From Paraglomus brasilianum (Eukaryota), in the NCBI GenBank assembly GCA_910592345.1, contig CAJVPI010000003.1:62001-120324 (forward strand): a DNA stretch of 58,324 bases, read 5' to 3'. Position numbers and translations under genes: made by a program. The first letter of the stretch is position 1. Each line of letters begins with the position of its first letter. The notes under the pieces were generated by a model. The model was not told where the DNA came from and did no database searches. It saw only the letters and a list, made by a program, of their open reading frames with translations. Positions 56,050-58,324 of the stretch are shown in pieces.

Positions 56050-56530
56050 GAACCAATATGTCTGATCTACTATGGAGCCGAAAGATTATAGTACTCTGCG
56101 TTTTCAATTCTCAAAAAAGAACAGGGTGAAAAGATCGCTCCTTACATTTTCAAACTAAAAAGCACACAGGCTATCAAAGAATATCTGGATCAAGAACAGA
56201 TAACTTATGAAGTTTACCAAGAGGAAAGAATAGAAAAAGCTCTTAATATTAAACGAACATTGGCAGAACCCTTTTCAATAACCGAGAAAGAAAAGAAAAA
56301 TGGAGGAATAAAAGAGTCGTTATATAGAACGCATAAATTCTTATCTGAGAAAAGGTGGTTTTTTTTTTGCTGGTGGCAGTTGTTGTCAGCGGGCCATGTC
56401 ATGGTAGGGACAAGAGCTGCAGGTATTGGAGGTATAAATTATGACATGACTCACATTCAAAAAGGTGGAAAACGTATTGGCAACATGCAAACTGCAATAA
56501 ATGTAAACAAAGGCATAACCACATGAAACA
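56050..56530 (+). pseudogene. Frameshifted gene fragment of unknown family
   Basis: Coding-like segments KIAPYIFKLKSTQAIKEYLDQEQITYEVYQE and CRYWRYKL...HSKRWKTYWQHANCNKCKQRHNHM in different frames. Confidence 0.4.
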
Positions 56531-57877
56531 GATATAAGTATAGGAAATGCAAGAGAGAAACGCATAGTTTATGCCGCCAAGATACAAGTATGGTATACAA
56601 ACTGATGCCATCATCAAACACTATATCAAGGTATTTTCTTTTGCCAAATGATGTTTACAACACAGCACCCGAGACATCACACACACCAATAATTAAAGCT
56701 CGCTTTTGGACAACTTCAGTTCTGATAGAAAATGTGATTCTTCCAAGAGCAATTTCCACCTTGACTTTGGCTGCCACATCAATTCTACCAAAAAATTTGC
56801 TCTTAAGATCATTGCGGTAACTGAAAATTGCCCTCTTTTAACATTTTGCAACTTACCTTCGTGGTAATCTCACATCAGCTGAATTATTGTCAGGATATAA
56901 AAGATGGTTCACAACCAGTCTTCCCAGTACATTAATTTCTTTCAATTTGCCTTGTATATGTATTATGATGTGGTTGTCAAGCCTTTTTTTAACTCGATGC
57001 CTGGAGCTTGTATGACAACGTGCATGAAACCGCTTTTTTTAAAAAAGAGAGAGGGAGAGGGAGAGGGAGACGAGTACTAAATGTAAGTACGGAATCTGCT
57101 CTCCTTCTAATCTGTAGGAATACAAACCTTTCATTATCGCCACAGTTGACATGTTCTTGACCGGTTTGTTGCGTGGTCGTACTGAGTTTGGATTCGGGAA
57201 ACTGTTCGTCTTGCTGTGGGGCTGTATCGACTTTGTCATAACATCGACCTTGCCGCCTTGCTGGTTATTGATTGCTTGGGGCGTTGTAGGCTGGCTTCGA
57301 TCCTCATTCCACATAAGACTCACTTTGAAATATACAACTTTCTTGTCCGACTTGAAATAATAATAATAAGATTCTTTTGCGCGGATCATTTCAATTCCCA
57401 AAGGGCCGTCCATCGTTGTGTCTCGATATAAATGAAAAAATTCGCCGGCATCGTCTTGTGATAAAAAGTGAACGTGGCCGTATCTATAAACCCAGATTTA
57501 ATCTGTGGATATAGGTTCAGAAGAAGAAAAAAGGGAATAATAAAACGCCTACCCATTATGGACCTTTTTGATGATGTGTGAAAATGGCGTCGCTTTCTGG
57601 AGCCACTTTTCAAGATCTTCTGTGCAAGAGTGAATATATCCTGTAATCATAACCGAGCGCTTGGTTTTCCACAGCAGTCTCGTTTTCTATGCTGTGGCAC
57701 CACTACTAAAGTATTTAAAAGTTACAACATCCTACACACAGCAGAAGGTACAGTGGTAACGACTCTTGCAAAGGAGGGTAGCACTCTCAGGAAGGCAAAA
57801 AGAGGTGAATTACTTCTATGTAAGAAGGTGCCACACTTCCCCGGTATGTAGGAAGGGTAATGCAACCCAAAGGGTGG

Positions 57878-58249
57878 TGTCGTGCCGACTACTGCGGGAG
57901 AGCAGAAGGTAATCGACACTTGGGATTTAACTAGTCTCGACGGAGCGTGGCTGCGTCCTATTCAAGTTAAATGTCTAGGGTACAGTTAGTGAACTTGTCA
58001 ATGTCAAGGCTTTTCACTTACGGACTATTTCACCGTAAAATGACGATAAGTAATCGCTCTCGAGTGTATCGTCGGTTATTATCGAGGGATAATCTCCCGT
58101 CTGGGGTACAATGAATATAAACCATAATAATGCGCATCTACATAACAATTAATTATCGTAATGTGCCACTCGAATAATCGCGGGACAAGAGGCGACTATT
58201 CTTCTCAGCTATACCGATAATTACCAGGGAATGAATCATTAACAATGTA
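57878..58249 (-). repeat. Dispersed ~370-bp repeat, copy 2 (inverted relative to 13721-14114)
   Basis: Matches copy 1 by eye and lacks a ~24-bp segment present there. Confidence 0.85.
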
Positions 58250-58257
58250 CACTCATA

Positions 58258-58324
58258 CCCCGTTTATATCCCCCCTTTCGTTCAGCCCAAAAGTGGGGAT
58301 ATAAGCGGGGTGGGGATATAAGCG
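58258..58324 (+). mobile_element. Left end of a DNA transposon/MITE running off the window
   Basis: TA|ccccgtttatatcccc followed by inverted subterminal repeats gtggggatataagcg x2. Confidence 0.55.

Noticed and set aside
56590..57870. Degenerate coding-like sequence on the minus strand
   Set aside because: Fragments are interrupted and could not be assigned to any family by eye.

Overview
AT-rich, intron-rich eukaryotic nuclear DNA, most likely from an arbuscular mycorrhizal (Glomeromycota-type) fungus. This is an inference from the MATA-HMG and Crinkler-like pseudogenes, short GT-AG introns and dense Tc1/pogo debris. Intact-looking genes are a TMEM14-like membrane protein, FAM32A, a CPA2-type cation/H+ antiporter next to a P-type II cation ATPase with a long N-terminal extension, a CCCH + Puf4-clade Pumilio protein, cytochrome c oxidase subunit COX5/IV, SPT16, an N-formylglutamate amidohydrolase-like protein, a repeat-built RGG protein and COX20. 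Between them lie internally deleted Tc1/mariner and pogo elements, MITEs, pseudogenes and a ~390-bp dispersed repeat. The most unusual signal is a tandem pair of ~125-130-nt structured RNA-like elements inside one intron (12675-13023, minus strand) of a degenerate PD-(D/E)xK nuclease-like gene. They show compensatory base changes, two three-way junctions and a UUCG tetraloop in one copy, and they match no ribozyme or riboswitch I can recognise by eye. All exon boundaries were read manually and no database searches were run.
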